Of a DNA stretch of 64,000 nucleotides, positions 36,432-49,205 are shown one piece after another. The notes under the pieces are model-generated. The model had not been told where the DNA came from. It ran no database searches and worked only from the letters and a program-made list of their open reading frames with translations. This DNA comes from Epiperipatus broadwayi (lineage: Eukaryota > Animalia > Onychophora), in NCBI GenBank assembly GCA_028023455.1, contig JAQFVV010000011.1, positions 5,456,001-5,520,000 of the forward strand, given 5' to 3'. Numbering within the stretch: position 1 is the stretch's first letter; each line of letters starts with the position of its first letter. Made by a program: the position numbers and the translations under genes.

Positions 36432-39013
36432 TGTAATAGATAAGAACAGAATTCTCTAAAGTATTTCAAACTGGCTTTAAAGTACCCAATTACTTAACCA
36501 TGTAGAGCAACTAAAAACAAAGGTAGATGTCTCACGTCTAGGATAAAACGCTAGCAGCTTAAATCTCTTTCAGTAAAAGAAAAGGAGAAGCAATCCAATG
36601 TTTAAAAAAAGAACTTTACCAATCTCATGAGACACCGCTGGTACAAATCCAGATTTTAGGATTCTTAATAAAATAAAAGTTGGACAATTAAACCTGCACT
36701 GAAATCCAGATTGGAACTAGAATCTGAGAAAAATAAAAGGAACAATGAATAAACCTGAAATCAATCAACCGATTCGTCTGAAGCTGATGCAATTAAGACT
36801 TCTTAGATTTAAAATGTCTAAAAATAAAGATTGTGAATGAACTGTAAGAGGGGGGGTTAAAAAAGTATAAAAAAGGCAGTTGAAAGAAAATTGTCATCCA
36901 TTTTTGCTTTACTCGTGTTTCAACTGTCCAGGCAGCAGGCCCAGTTTCTACCATGCAAATAATTGGCTAGAAAAGCAAAGGCCATCTTCCCGATGGTCAA
37001 GAACCGTTTTATGGAGCCCGGAGATCCAAACCACAGCCCTACTTAAAGAATAGCCCAACGATGAACCAGCAGATAAATCAGTCCATGCGTGTATTTCATA
37101 CTTTCAAGCTGCAAGCCTCCAGATAAATAACCGGTAACCACTTCTCAATCAAACTAAATCTAAAAGCTATAGCCATCTATAAATCTTTCCTAAAGCTAGC
37201 TATATAATAAGTAATGTGCACAAACTCTTCCATTCAAATCTTATAAATTAATCACACTATGTTTAAAAGGTGTATCCTCTCTTAAAATAATTAACTGTAT
37301 TAGATAAACGTATCTCAACCTGTATAATTTAAAATACTTTAAAAGTTAAGTGTAAATCTTGCCTGATTTCAAATTCTTAAATCTCTTTTTTAAATTCAAC
37401 TTATAAAAGCTTATTTGTCTTATTATTTTCTCTATTTGCGTCTATACTTTTGCATCTATATATATATTTTGTTAAAATGCATTTATTGATTTATGCTTTG
37501 CCTTCGGAGCAGAGACTATTAATTATTATAACTTAAAGAGACGTTTTGTTCTCAAGTAAAGTAATTATGCTGTTTGGCATATCTATCGATTGTCTCTGGT
37601 CCGAAACCTACTTTGATGTATTATTTGAACGGCTATGCGTAGCGTAATATCACATATGTTGCTTATTAAAAGGTTTGTTTGGTTAAATAAAAGAGAGTGA
37701 TAATTTAAGGCATATTCAGTAGTTAGCCAAGTTTAAGCCCCAGATATGCTTTAGACCCCCTTAATGTAATTGCATATAATATGTAGTTAATTAATAAACT
37801 AGATCAATTTTAATAAAGTCCTCTTTAGCACAATTTCAGTGTTTATTTAACTAACTGGCATAGGGTAGTTTGCAGAAGAAACTATAGATTTCGCGCTTTA
37901 CTAGTTGTTATAATTAAGATTCCAAAAGCGTTGTGAATGAGTTTTTACGAAGCACTGAGGTGCATTCCGTCTTGCTATCATATAATTATTAAGATAAGAT
38001 TAGGTTTTAAGGGCCATCTTATCATCCTTAGTTCGGACAGCCTTCTCTTGAATGGGATAATGATTTTAAGGGTCATTCCCATTTCCTCCTTTAAAAACTG
38101 GAACACCGGAATCCAGCATCTTATATCGTGGCTGTTCGAGCATCCGAACTAAAAGTTCATGTATAGCAGGCGAGCGGTATCTGAGAACCGAGTAAACGTT
38201 ACTGAATCTCATGAGTAAAAGCGCATTCAAGCCGCATCTGATGTAATTTGCATAGCGCCGTAGCCTCAGAAGTTATGCTACAAAACGCCAGTTCATCTAC
38301 TGTATATTAATTGTTCAGCATTGATCTGAACCTAAGATCTAGTTTATCTAAGAATATCTACATAAAGAGCACATTGACTGCTCCTCACGTATTGATAAAT
38401 TTAAGTACACATTGTATAAATTTGCCACTCTCTTAGAGTTTAACCCTTAACATACTGAGTAGGAATGGCAGACATAATCTAGACATCAGTATAGACGTAA
38501 AATAATTATTAACGTATAAACGATATAATAGAATAATGATCGTTAAGTAATTGATTACAGAACGTGTAGTTCGTATTTTCACCATCCCACCTGCGAGTGG
38601 AATATCCAGTAGATTTAATTGTTATTGTTTGTTTGTCAAATTAAATAATTTTAAAATCTATTAACGTCTGCAGTATTATTCACTTTATTTATATTAAACC
38701 ACCATCCATAATGATTTTATATGCATTAGATAATCAGCCATAGGTTGTGTGAGTGTGTTTGGTTAAGCTATAAAATATTTAGTTAAATATCCCCGAGTCT
38801 CTCGTTTTACCCTTTGCTATTGCCGGCGCGGAAAGTGAGAGATTACGAGTGTAACTTCATATATGTCATTCATAAGGTAGTAAGTCAGGGAGTGTTGGTG
38901 AAGGAGCTGAGGTGCGGTCAGATTTGGTCTCAAACCCTCATCTAGATCAGCCTTGGTATAATTTACCAAAACTCTGGATTTTGTTGCGTGGATGTTCAAA
39001 TATGACTGTTACA
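36432..39013 (-). mobile_element. Family-X copy b (~2.6 kb)
   Basis: Minus strand starts TGTAACAGTCATATTTG and is colinear with 62046-63680 over more than 1.2 kb. The 3' end (..TATCTATTACA) is tentative. Confidence 0.6.
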
Positions 39014-40869
39014 ATATGAATATTTAAGCGTTCATGATGATAATGAGATTTATGATATCTTCACTCTATGATAAAAAATATAAGGAATCAAAGAATATAA
39101 ATATATTTGAGTAATTTATAACAAAAATTAAAAGAACTATAGAGGAATAACATGTATTAATTAATTTGTTTTGATTTTTATGTGTATACTTCACTTGTTG
39201 ACCTTATTTTTATTTAATCTTTTTTTTTAAAATTTTTAATTTTTAAATTGTTTTTTTTTTCAGATTTTTTTTTGTGTATATTTTTTTCAATTATATTTTT
39301 AATAAAAATACATATTCTGTATTAAATCTTTATATTTTTAACAAGTTCCATTGAAAGCACAAGTTTAAATAATGAAAGTAATCTGAAATAAAATTTCAAG
39401 TTATCAAAGCAAAAAATATATAAATGAATATCAAACAAAAGATTTCATGTCAGCCTTTAATAAAAAAAAAACAACAACTTAATGGAATAAAAATCTTCAT
39501 CAAATCATAAATACATAAGTCAAATTTCATTAAAATGTAAGTTCAAATAACAAAAATATTAAAAATCTCCTTTTAATTACAATAAAAAAAAAAACAGAAA
39601 GAAATAATGATGCTGACTGGTTATTTGATGCCAATAAATTTTCAGTTGATCTATTTTTTGTTTAAAAAACAAGTCTATGAAAATAAAAGCTAAATGTAAA
39701 CATCAATTAGTTATTAAGGAACATATTTAATAATTTTATAACAAATTAAGTGTAAACTTTTTTTATTATGATCTCAACAAAAACTTACATTGCACCAGCA
39801 CAGAAGAGAAATTGAGTGCAGTATTTTATTTCTGACATATTGATACTGTATTTAGAATTAAAATTGTAACCTATTAAATGATTTCTGAGCATAAATATCA
39901 TTCATCCCTATTTGTTAATTTTTACTGTCAAGTTTACCATATAGATTTATGTTGTTAAAAATCATTTAAACTTGATTGCAATAGCATTGGGAGATTTTGT
40001 GAAAATGATTTAAAAAGTAGGAATAATAATAATTTTTAATTATATTTTATGGAACAAAATAATGAAGAAGAATTTCAACAAGATAATTTACAAAAGTATC
40101 ATCCAAAATATATTGGGCCTGAAATAAAATTGTAAGATCTAAGTAGAAAAAAACCTCTGACATGTATTAATTCAATTGTAATCTCACATAACAAAAGAAG
40201 ATTATATAAAATTCTATTTTGAAAAACAAAATAATTTAAAAGTAGAAAGAATTGCAAAAGATGTTTTTTGAAATTCTATAATTAGGTTGTATTTAAAATA
40301 AGAATTACTTTATTCTTTGTACAACATGAAGAGAGTTTTGTATATATATATATATATTGTAACCTACTACAAGGAGACAATTATCATGTATGATATATGA
40401 TATTGAGACTCTATCTAATTTAATATGACTAACATAAGATAGTCTATAGGAACATCACAAATGCATAGATTTTAACATTGAGAAACATGAAATATGCTTC
40501 ACAATGACATTGCTATTGTAGGCCTTTTCTAGCTATTAGCCTGTTATAATCATTAAGAAAATTCCTACAATACCCAATAACTAATATAATAATCCATGAG
40601 AAATAATAATTAAGATTCTCTTTTATATTATAAGAGACTATAAATATAATAATTTTAAAATACAAATTAAATTAATCTAAATAATTATTGCTACCTTATT
40701 GATATCTCAGGGATTATGATTATTCTTTAAGTAAGCAAAATAACTATAATCAACAATTAGACAATTGAATAGCAAGTGGGATTTTGTTGAAATCCAATTA
40801 TCTAAAAACTAATTCACTCTCGTCTAGACTTAACAACTAGAATGACAGTTTAATAATTAATATAACTTA

Positions 40870-42242
40870 GGTAGTGTTCTGTTTTATCTTGTCAGCTGCT
40901 TGATGGCACTATTTTTAGCTAAATTGCTAGAAATATGCCATTTCTGCAGCCGCAACCAAGTTGATAGACTTTTTTCTATGATAAAACAGAAAGAGTCCAT
41001 TTATTCGGCTGCTGGCTACTGCTGTGACTTCTTTCTATGCTAAAAGCACAGAAAAATGCCTTCATTAACTGCCATAGTTGCTTGTGTTATGCAGTTTATC
41101 GTAATGCTCTGTTGTCTTTTTTTGCTATGGTATCGTGTGAGGGTATGTTGACTGTATCATGTCACAATAATTGAACTTTTCAAGTCCAATGTCTTTTTTT
41201 TTTATGTGAACTGACCCACTGGTACCTTATAATACTTCTTTCATGTAAACAAATTTTCTTAAAAAACTTCTTTATTTTTTTACAGTTTCGACTGTCCTTG
41301 TAATAGTTTTAACAGTGTTGTCAGTATTCCATCAGGACTGTGTAACCCTCACTGATTAGATTTTAGGGTGTGGCACAGCACTATTTAGAAGATCCTGATG
41401 AAAGTAACATGTCCGCAAAAAATCAAGACAAGTAAGATGGCTGCTTCTAACTCTGAAAATTGGCAATTGCCAGACACCGGCGTCGGCTTTTATTTTAATA
41501 GTTTGTTATAATTATTAAATTTAGTGGGTAAATTGCAATCAAATTTACTTTCCCCGCAAAATGCAGTGTCTGATTAATTATTGTCCAAAAAAGGTTAAAA
41601 TTTACTTTTATTTTTTTATTAGAAAAGTAACTTTTCCACTATATTTACTATTATTTGTTTTTAAAAAAGTAACATAACTTTTTATATAAACACACACATG
41701 CAGAAAATGCCAGTCTCTGATTAATTACTGTCCCAAAAAGTCAAAGTCAGCTTTCATTTTAACATTTTGTTTGAATTTTTAAATTTTGTGGAAGTTGTAA
41801 TATAATTGACTTTGATTTGAAAACACAGTTTTTGTATTAATTAATGTCCCAAAAAGGCTAAAATTTAATCTTATTTTCTATTAAAAAAGGAACATAACTT
41901 TTTATATTCATCCCCCCTCCCCCCCAAAGCCAGTCTCTGATTAATTCCTGTCCAAAAAAGTCTCTATTGTACTATTATTTGTTATTATTAAGTAATGTAA
42001 TTTTTTATCAACACATACACACACACACAAAAGCCAGTCTGATTAATATCCAAAAAGTCTGCTTTCATTTTTATATTTTGTTTGAATTTTGTGTAAATTG
42101 TAATATAATTTACTTTTATTTTCTATTCCAAAAATAAAGTCAATAGTTTTATGGAATTGCTGGCCTGTGAATGTTATATCTATGTGTTTTAGCTTAGCAT
42201 CAATGCCATCAAGCGGCTGACACGATAGAACAGAACATTACC
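40870..42242. mobile_element. Non-autonomous DNA transposon with ~42-bp TIRs (GGTA(G/A)TGTTC...), probably Merlin-type
   Basis: 40870-40910 is inverted relative to 42202-42242; flanks TAACTTA and TAATTTA; about five internal copies of CAGTCTCTGATTAATT..TGTCCCAAAAAG at 41563-42055. Confidence 0.7.
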
Positions 42243-44604
42243 TAATTTACTAACTTATTTTAAATTAATAACTATAAATTTTTATTATTATTTATCATTC
42301 TACTTCTATAGATAATTACTATTAAACAGAATAATCATGAATTGATAATCAGAACCCTTATAATTAACCAAAATCTAGTATTATATAACTCAATTTTGAA
42401 TACACTAACTATTTTTAGCATTTACTCATTTTATTTTATTTTTCCAAAACAAACGTAAAATTGATTTTTATTAATTTCTTATATCTTGAGTAGTATAGCA
42501 ATTCAGATTTACTCCTTTTAATAAATCTTATATTTTTTATTATCTTATATGTTTATGAAATTTACATAAACTAAATAGTACACATCATCATATCACTTTA
42601 TAATGCTCTGAACATATTAACTCTTTAAATTTAAATTTCAGATAGTTATTTCAATATTTTAATATTGAATAAATTAAATATCAAATGAATATTATTTTAA
42701 TCAAATTATAAATTAATATGGATATTAGTATTTCATTATACCATGTGCTTTCATATATGATCTTGTGATAACCAGATCCACAAAGAAATAATACTACTTG
42801 TTAAGTTTGAATTAAAAATACAGATTTATTTGTAACAAACAACAGATTTATAACAATTACAGATTTCTAACAAATATTTATAAGTTATCTTTGACTAATT
42901 ATATATTTACAAAATTCTTTTAATATAATAACTAAAAATAAATACCATTTTCTTTTCATGTATTTCTATTGGGTTCATATCATTAAGTAATTAAATGATA
43001 AATTTTAATAATATAAATATTTCTATTCACATTGTCAGTTGATTTACCTACCATTCATGTCTTCACGTCTATGGATAATTTCTGTTTTATTCCAATAATA
43101 CTTTATTGGTCAAATATTTTACACCGATTTTATTAAATTTATATCAATCTAATATAATTCAATGATTATTTACTAAAGAACTTTCATACTTTTCTATTGT
43201 TGACACAATACAAATAATATATTTTGAATAAATAACTGAAGTAAGAATGTTTTATGATAAGATATTAGCATTCATCTTATGAACTTATCAATTCTCTTTC
43301 ATTCACATTTTTTATTTTTGTCGATCTCATTTATTCTTCCAACAATAAGTTATTCTTATTTCAGAGCACATTTAATGATATTTGTTCTGCGTATGGCTCT
43401 TTCTTTTTCTTATACTATCTTAACGAATCATAGGAAGAAAAACTATAAATTCCATAATAACTTACTTACTCACGATGCTTACTCTATATTTTAATATCAT
43501 CAATAAAACCTTGGATAAGAAACTAATTTAATAAACCATTGTACAATAATATAGGAATGGAGACAACTCACATTGATTTAATTACTATAGCCATTATTTC
43601 TTCAGTGACTCTACCTTAATAAATCCTGGTTTAATTCTAAAGCTCTTATGGAATACAATAATTATTATTCATATGAAAGTCCTCTCAATTTCATACAGCA
43701 ATAATACAGACATTCTTGGGATTAAACCTACTTCATCTAATATTAGTTCTTCAGGACGATATGACATATTCTGGCATTCCAACTTATTCAGACTACACAT
43801 ATATTTTTCAGTATCCACATACGTTAACTTTCTTCTGATAATATAATTTTATCTCCCTATATTTTTTTTATTTTTTTATTTTTATGTACGTAGAATTATG
43901 ACAGATCATCTACCAAAACAAATAACTCTTATTTTTATGACAAAACATCATAGTATTCTTTGCTTATTATAATGTTTGAGATCATAAATCATCTACTTCA
44001 TTATTTCATTCACTCTATTTTGTTTCTTATTTTATACTATTATATTCACAATATACATTTATATATGTATATCTTCACAGTATAGCATTTCTTGTCTCAA
44101 TATTATAATTCAATCCTATTATGAAATATAATCAGTATATCAAATTGATAATCTCATATATATATATATATATCATTGCATCACAATAAAACTATTATTC
44201 TCTTTACATAGTGAAATAGTATAAAATCATATTATCATATTACCCAACATGATATTTTAGTTTTTTAGGACATCAATACAAAAATTTTATAACTTAAGTA
44301 TATAATACCTTCATTTATAAATTTAAAATATAATAATATTTTAAAATTAACTTAATTCTAAACATTGATAAAAATATAAAATTATTTAACTAATTTTTGG
44401 CTTATTCTAAAATACTATAGCAATATAAAACATTACCATTAAAAGAAAATTTTAATTTGAAACATTTTTCAATCTTTTTTTTTTTAAAGAAAATTTCTCC
44501 AAGTTTTCACTCTTATTACCATGACAATGATAGTTGAAACCTCCTCATTTGTTGTTGCTTCCTCTCCTCCTACTAGAAACACATTATTATTATTTTTTTT
44601 CATA

Positions 44605-44694
44605 TGTCATAGCATCTGCAGGGACGCGAACCCACAACAGTCTGCAAACAACTACTTGCCTGCAAGGCGGCTGCGATGACCTCTCGGCTAAGAG
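44605..44694 (-). mobile_element. tRNA-derived SINE head or tRNA-like relic
   Basis: A-box-like TAGCCGAGAGG and B-box-like GGTTCGCGTCC on the minus strand; CpG-rich; followed by an A-rich tail. Confidence 0.6.
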
Positions 44695-47067
44695 TAAAAA
44701 AAAATGTATTCACAATTAATAAAATATTTTAAAATTTGTGAGCTCTTTTAAAATTATTTTTCTAGGATCCAGGAATTCTTGTAGTGCATTTTAAATTCTG
44801 GAACAATTTAATAGTTCTTTAAATATCACACCTAAGTTTATAACTCTACTTTTCCATTAGGAAAAAAAAATGTAGCATATATTTAGTTAGTCTGAACAGT
44901 TTTAACTGGGACTTCTATTTATTCATGTTGGCTAAGCTATTTTATAAAGTTGACACACACATATAATATTAATTAATTCTAATTTTTTATAATAGTATAG
45001 TTCATTTCTTTATTTTATATTCATTATTAAAATAAAATGATTATCTTTTTTAATCCTTATACTCTCCACATTTTTTCATCTAAATATACTTCTTTTGTTC
45101 ACAGTAAAAAATACTTTTTCATCATTTGTTTTTAATATAATATAAAAATAAATATCAATTATTCTAGCACAGTTTTGTCCTTCTTAATCAAGTAAATATT
45201 ATTTATTCTCTTTTTTTAAATTCAACTTTATTTCAGCATATACTCACTTAGTTCAATATAGCTTTTAAAAATAAATTTTAATTATTATCAAGCAATTAGC
45301 TTAAAGTTCTATAAAGTCTTTTTACACTCTGATAATAACTGTATCTTTTCACTAAATAAGTTTCTTTGAATAAATAACTTAAGGATTAAACTCATTAACA
45401 ATACAAAAATAACAAAATATTCTCTTATGCAACAATATTTTTAAATTTCTTGACTTTATGTATAATCTTTTCCCATGTTTTCCAAGAATGATAACATCAA
45501 TATTAACTGCTTCATTTTACTAGTAACCATGTTTTCCAAACACAAGTTGACATATAAGATATAACTTAGGTCCTCAGTGAAGAAATTACTTTATTTATTC
45601 CATAGTTTCTTTATAATTCATTTAAGATATAATTATCCAGCTTATAATAATTAACTTTTACTTAACTTTAAAATAAAAATACAACAAAATTTTCTAAATT
45701 TTTAACGAGCTAAAAAAAATAGGTATCAGCTCTTACTTTTCAATCAATTTTTTTAAAAATTTTGTCTGCAATCACCTTTTATACTGTAGACAGTAGGATG
45801 TCAGACTATTAATTAAATCAATTTCATTGGTAACTTATCATTAATCAAATAGTTTTCTGCATAAATTAATTTTTGGCTACAATTTGAAATAAAATAACTA
45901 AATATTTTAAAAACTAAATTGTTAAATTTAATTGATTTTAAGTTTGATTTAAATACATTTATAATAATCATTCTTTATGATACTTATTTATTCCAATTAA
46001 AATATTTAATTATTAATTATATTTAAAAACCCTGAAACAAACCATAACCTCAGAAAACAAATAATGACTTTTTTGTAACAAGAACAATTATTAATTTTTT
46101 TTGTTGTTGTTTACATATCCCTTTTTCAACAATTTTTTCTGTTTGTTCCAAAGGTATATAGTTTTAAACCATGTAATTTTTGATAAACAAAATTTTGATT
46201 TGGAACACATGGATAAATAAAAAGAAAGAAATCATTACAAAAAATAAATGTATAATTGCTAATGTAAATATTTCTACACTGTAAAATTTTCTATTTAATA
46301 TTATCTCCTTTAATTGTACTGTAATCATCTATGTTAAAATGTACCCAGTAACTAATAATTTGTAAACCTATTTGAACAATGCTGTAAGTTTTTTCTAATT
46401 GATAACATTTTTTAGACCAGTCATGCCTTTGTAACACTGGCTAAACCATTGTAAATTCATGTGATCTATTTTTTGTACAATAAAGTATATTATTGAAACA
46501 CAAAAATATGTAATATTATAAAAGTTAATGTTTCCAATTGAAATAAAATATTATTTTACAATAAATACATTTATTCTTGTTTATTAAGATTCTGCAAATA
46601 TACTCACACAGACACACCTTTAAAGGTTCACTGTCACAAAAATTCAATTACTATTACATTTATAACTATTGTAAATTTTAATAATTATAAATTTGAATAT
46701 GTATAATATAAACATTGTTGTAATTATTAAATATTATTATAATTGAACTAAATATGATTATTTAAAATATATACTGTAATAAAAGGTGTTTGTTAATTAC
46801 ATCAACAGAATCATACATTTATTCCATATATATTATACTATTTATACAGAATATAAATTAAAAAGTTAATAGTAATTCACTTATAGGTCTTCTAAATTTA
46901 AAGTTTTGTTTATTATATGAAATTTGCATCTTTCTTAGAAACCATTAACAAATCAAAAGGTTACAATATATAGAGGGTGAGGAAAGTTCACTTCTAGATT
47001 AAAAAATTAGAAAGCACTAACTCTGGCATGTGTAATGTCATGATTTACTAAAACTAATTAATTATAA

Positions 47068-47556
47068 ATTTGAATCCATATTTTCATGCTCTCTTCAGCT
47101 ATCCATTTTATCTCATTAATCTGATACACATGACCACCCACATGTGAAAAGATAAATTATCTCCAATATATGTATTTCATGCTGAACCAGCACATCACTT
47201 GGTCCAAATCATCATCTCTGACATATATATAATCAGGGCTCAATTTATATTAAGATAGCAAATCTTCAAACTTTAATGGACAGGCTTCAATCTACTTTAC
47301 ACTCCAACGTTTTAGCCATTCATACCATTAAAAATCTGATAATGGAATGCCCAAACTGATGATGCCAATATTATTGTCATTCCCATGTTGACTTTAAATC
47401 ACTCTGACCCCTCATGTATATCCAGAAGATGGATGGGCAGGGTACAAGCTGACCATAATATTTAAATACAGGTACACTTTTTATCCTTGGAGTTTGGATG
47501 TAATTATAGGGGATTTGAACCCAGACTTTCATGCTCCCTTTAGCTATCCAATCTAT
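47068..47556 (-). repeat. Family-B hammerhead repeat, ~1.1 monomers (period 445), core damaged
   Basis: TTTCATGCT at 47082 and 47527. Minus strand UGAUUU-GGA-CCAA GUGAUG-UGCUGGUUCAGCAU GAAA UACAUAUA UUGGAGAU. Confidence 0.8.
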
Positions 47557-48697
47557 TTTTGTATTTAAAGGATTATTTCAGAGAAAAATAGATCAGCTGA
47601 TAAATAAAAATTGTGCATTCAATCCAGCATTCTTGTTTCAGACTTTACTAAGTATAATTACTACAGAATTGAAGAGAATATTTAACAAAATCATCATTGA
47701 CAAAGAAGGAATGACACATGAAAGCCATTTGCCTTCTTAAATAAAAAGTCAGGTGTAATGGAAGTTTTAATGATTACATCAATCTAAATTAATCTTTTCA
47801 GAAGCTTATGGGCAAAACCGGATAAGCAAAAATTGTAAATAATCAATCATGCAATATACATATAATTTGAATTTGCTATTTATTGATTTCTTATAAGTTA
47901 GTGAATAATAAATTATCAAATATGACCACCTGATTGAAGCTGTAGCCTATGTTTCACATTAACTAATAATTGAATTGTTCGACATATTTTATTTACAAAT
48001 TATTAAATATCTAACCTGTAGAATTGGGACACGGTAAGGGAAAGCAGTAATGAATTATGATTATTGAATTGAATGTTTAAGGAAAGAATAGCAAAAATAT
48101 CAGGATAGAATTTGAAATAAAACTTCATTACTGTTCATGAAGACCGAAAATAGATAGATGAGACAGTTAATTTATTATGACAAATCCTAAGGATGAGAAA
48201 GTTATTTTAATTATTTTCAATGCAAGAAAAAAAAAAAAAGATAGGAAGTCATTTTATTCTAATGAGATGACCTCACCAAGATAAAACCAATATATATTAG
48301 ATATTGATTGCACACTGGCAGTGACAATTTTAGATAAACTATGAGATACTTTATTTATGAGATAGATATTTCACTTATTAAAATTACAAAGAAAGCAAGC
48401 TAAAAGTTGAGATATGTAAGAATATAAATATATTACATAATATACTCTTAATAATTTAGTCATTACTAAGATCAAAATTAATTTACAAATAACAAAGCTC
48501 ATGATTATAAAATTTTGGCATATTATAATTTAAATTATGATGATTAATGAACTCAAAAGAAGATACTTCAGTGTACTAAATTATAATTTAAATATGTGTA
48601 TAATAAACTACTTTGATAACATTGTTCTTGAATTTATTATATTGTTTAGAATTTTATGATGAACAAGCGTGTTTGCATCCTAAATATAAATTGGAAA

Positions 48698-48786
48698 CAC
48701 TTTGTTATATATATAGGGCATATTAATTGTTTTGGACATCACTTTGTTATATATATAGGGCATATTAATTGTTTTGGACATCACTT
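48698..48786. repeat. Tandem duplication, 2 x 42 bp
   Basis: CACTTTGTTATATATATAGGGCATATT.. starts at 48698 and 48740. Confidence 0.9.
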
Positions 48787-49104
48787 TTAAAGAGGGATTG
48801 AAGCTCTATTCTAGGATTTTTTAAAAGGATTACGAGACAAATTTTAAATATATAATCTTTTTTATCTGGATTGAGTTTGTGCTCAGTTATAAATTTTAGT
48901 GAATGCTGTAAATCAAAAATGTATGTCAGTTCATGAACTTCTGAATGAGATGTGCTAAAACATCTTAATAGTTGTGAATTAATGGATGGTGATCACCTAA
49001 AAGTCGAATTAAAACTGTGACTTTAATGAATATGAATCCTTGCTTTTAAGAATATTAGAAAATTTAGATATGTTTAAAAATTTCTATTCAGCCACTCACT
49101 TGAC

Positions 49105-49205
49105 ACACATGAATAAAGATATCTATAGAAGGTAAATGATCCTCAAGATATATTTCTGCTTGAATTATCACTCTTCATTTGTTCCAATCTCACAATCTTT
49201 CATAT
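49105..49205 (-). repeat. Old relic of the family A/B hammerhead repeat
   Basis: Minus strand GAGAUU-GGA-ACAA AUGAAGA GUGAUA-AUU-CAAGCA GAAA UAUAUC UUGAGGAUCAUUU. Confidence 0.5.

Noticed and set aside
36430-39013. CpG-richer blocks as bacterial HGT, NUMT or rRNA
   Set aside because: No rRNA, mitochondrial or bacterial gene motifs; better explained as copies of dispersed family X.
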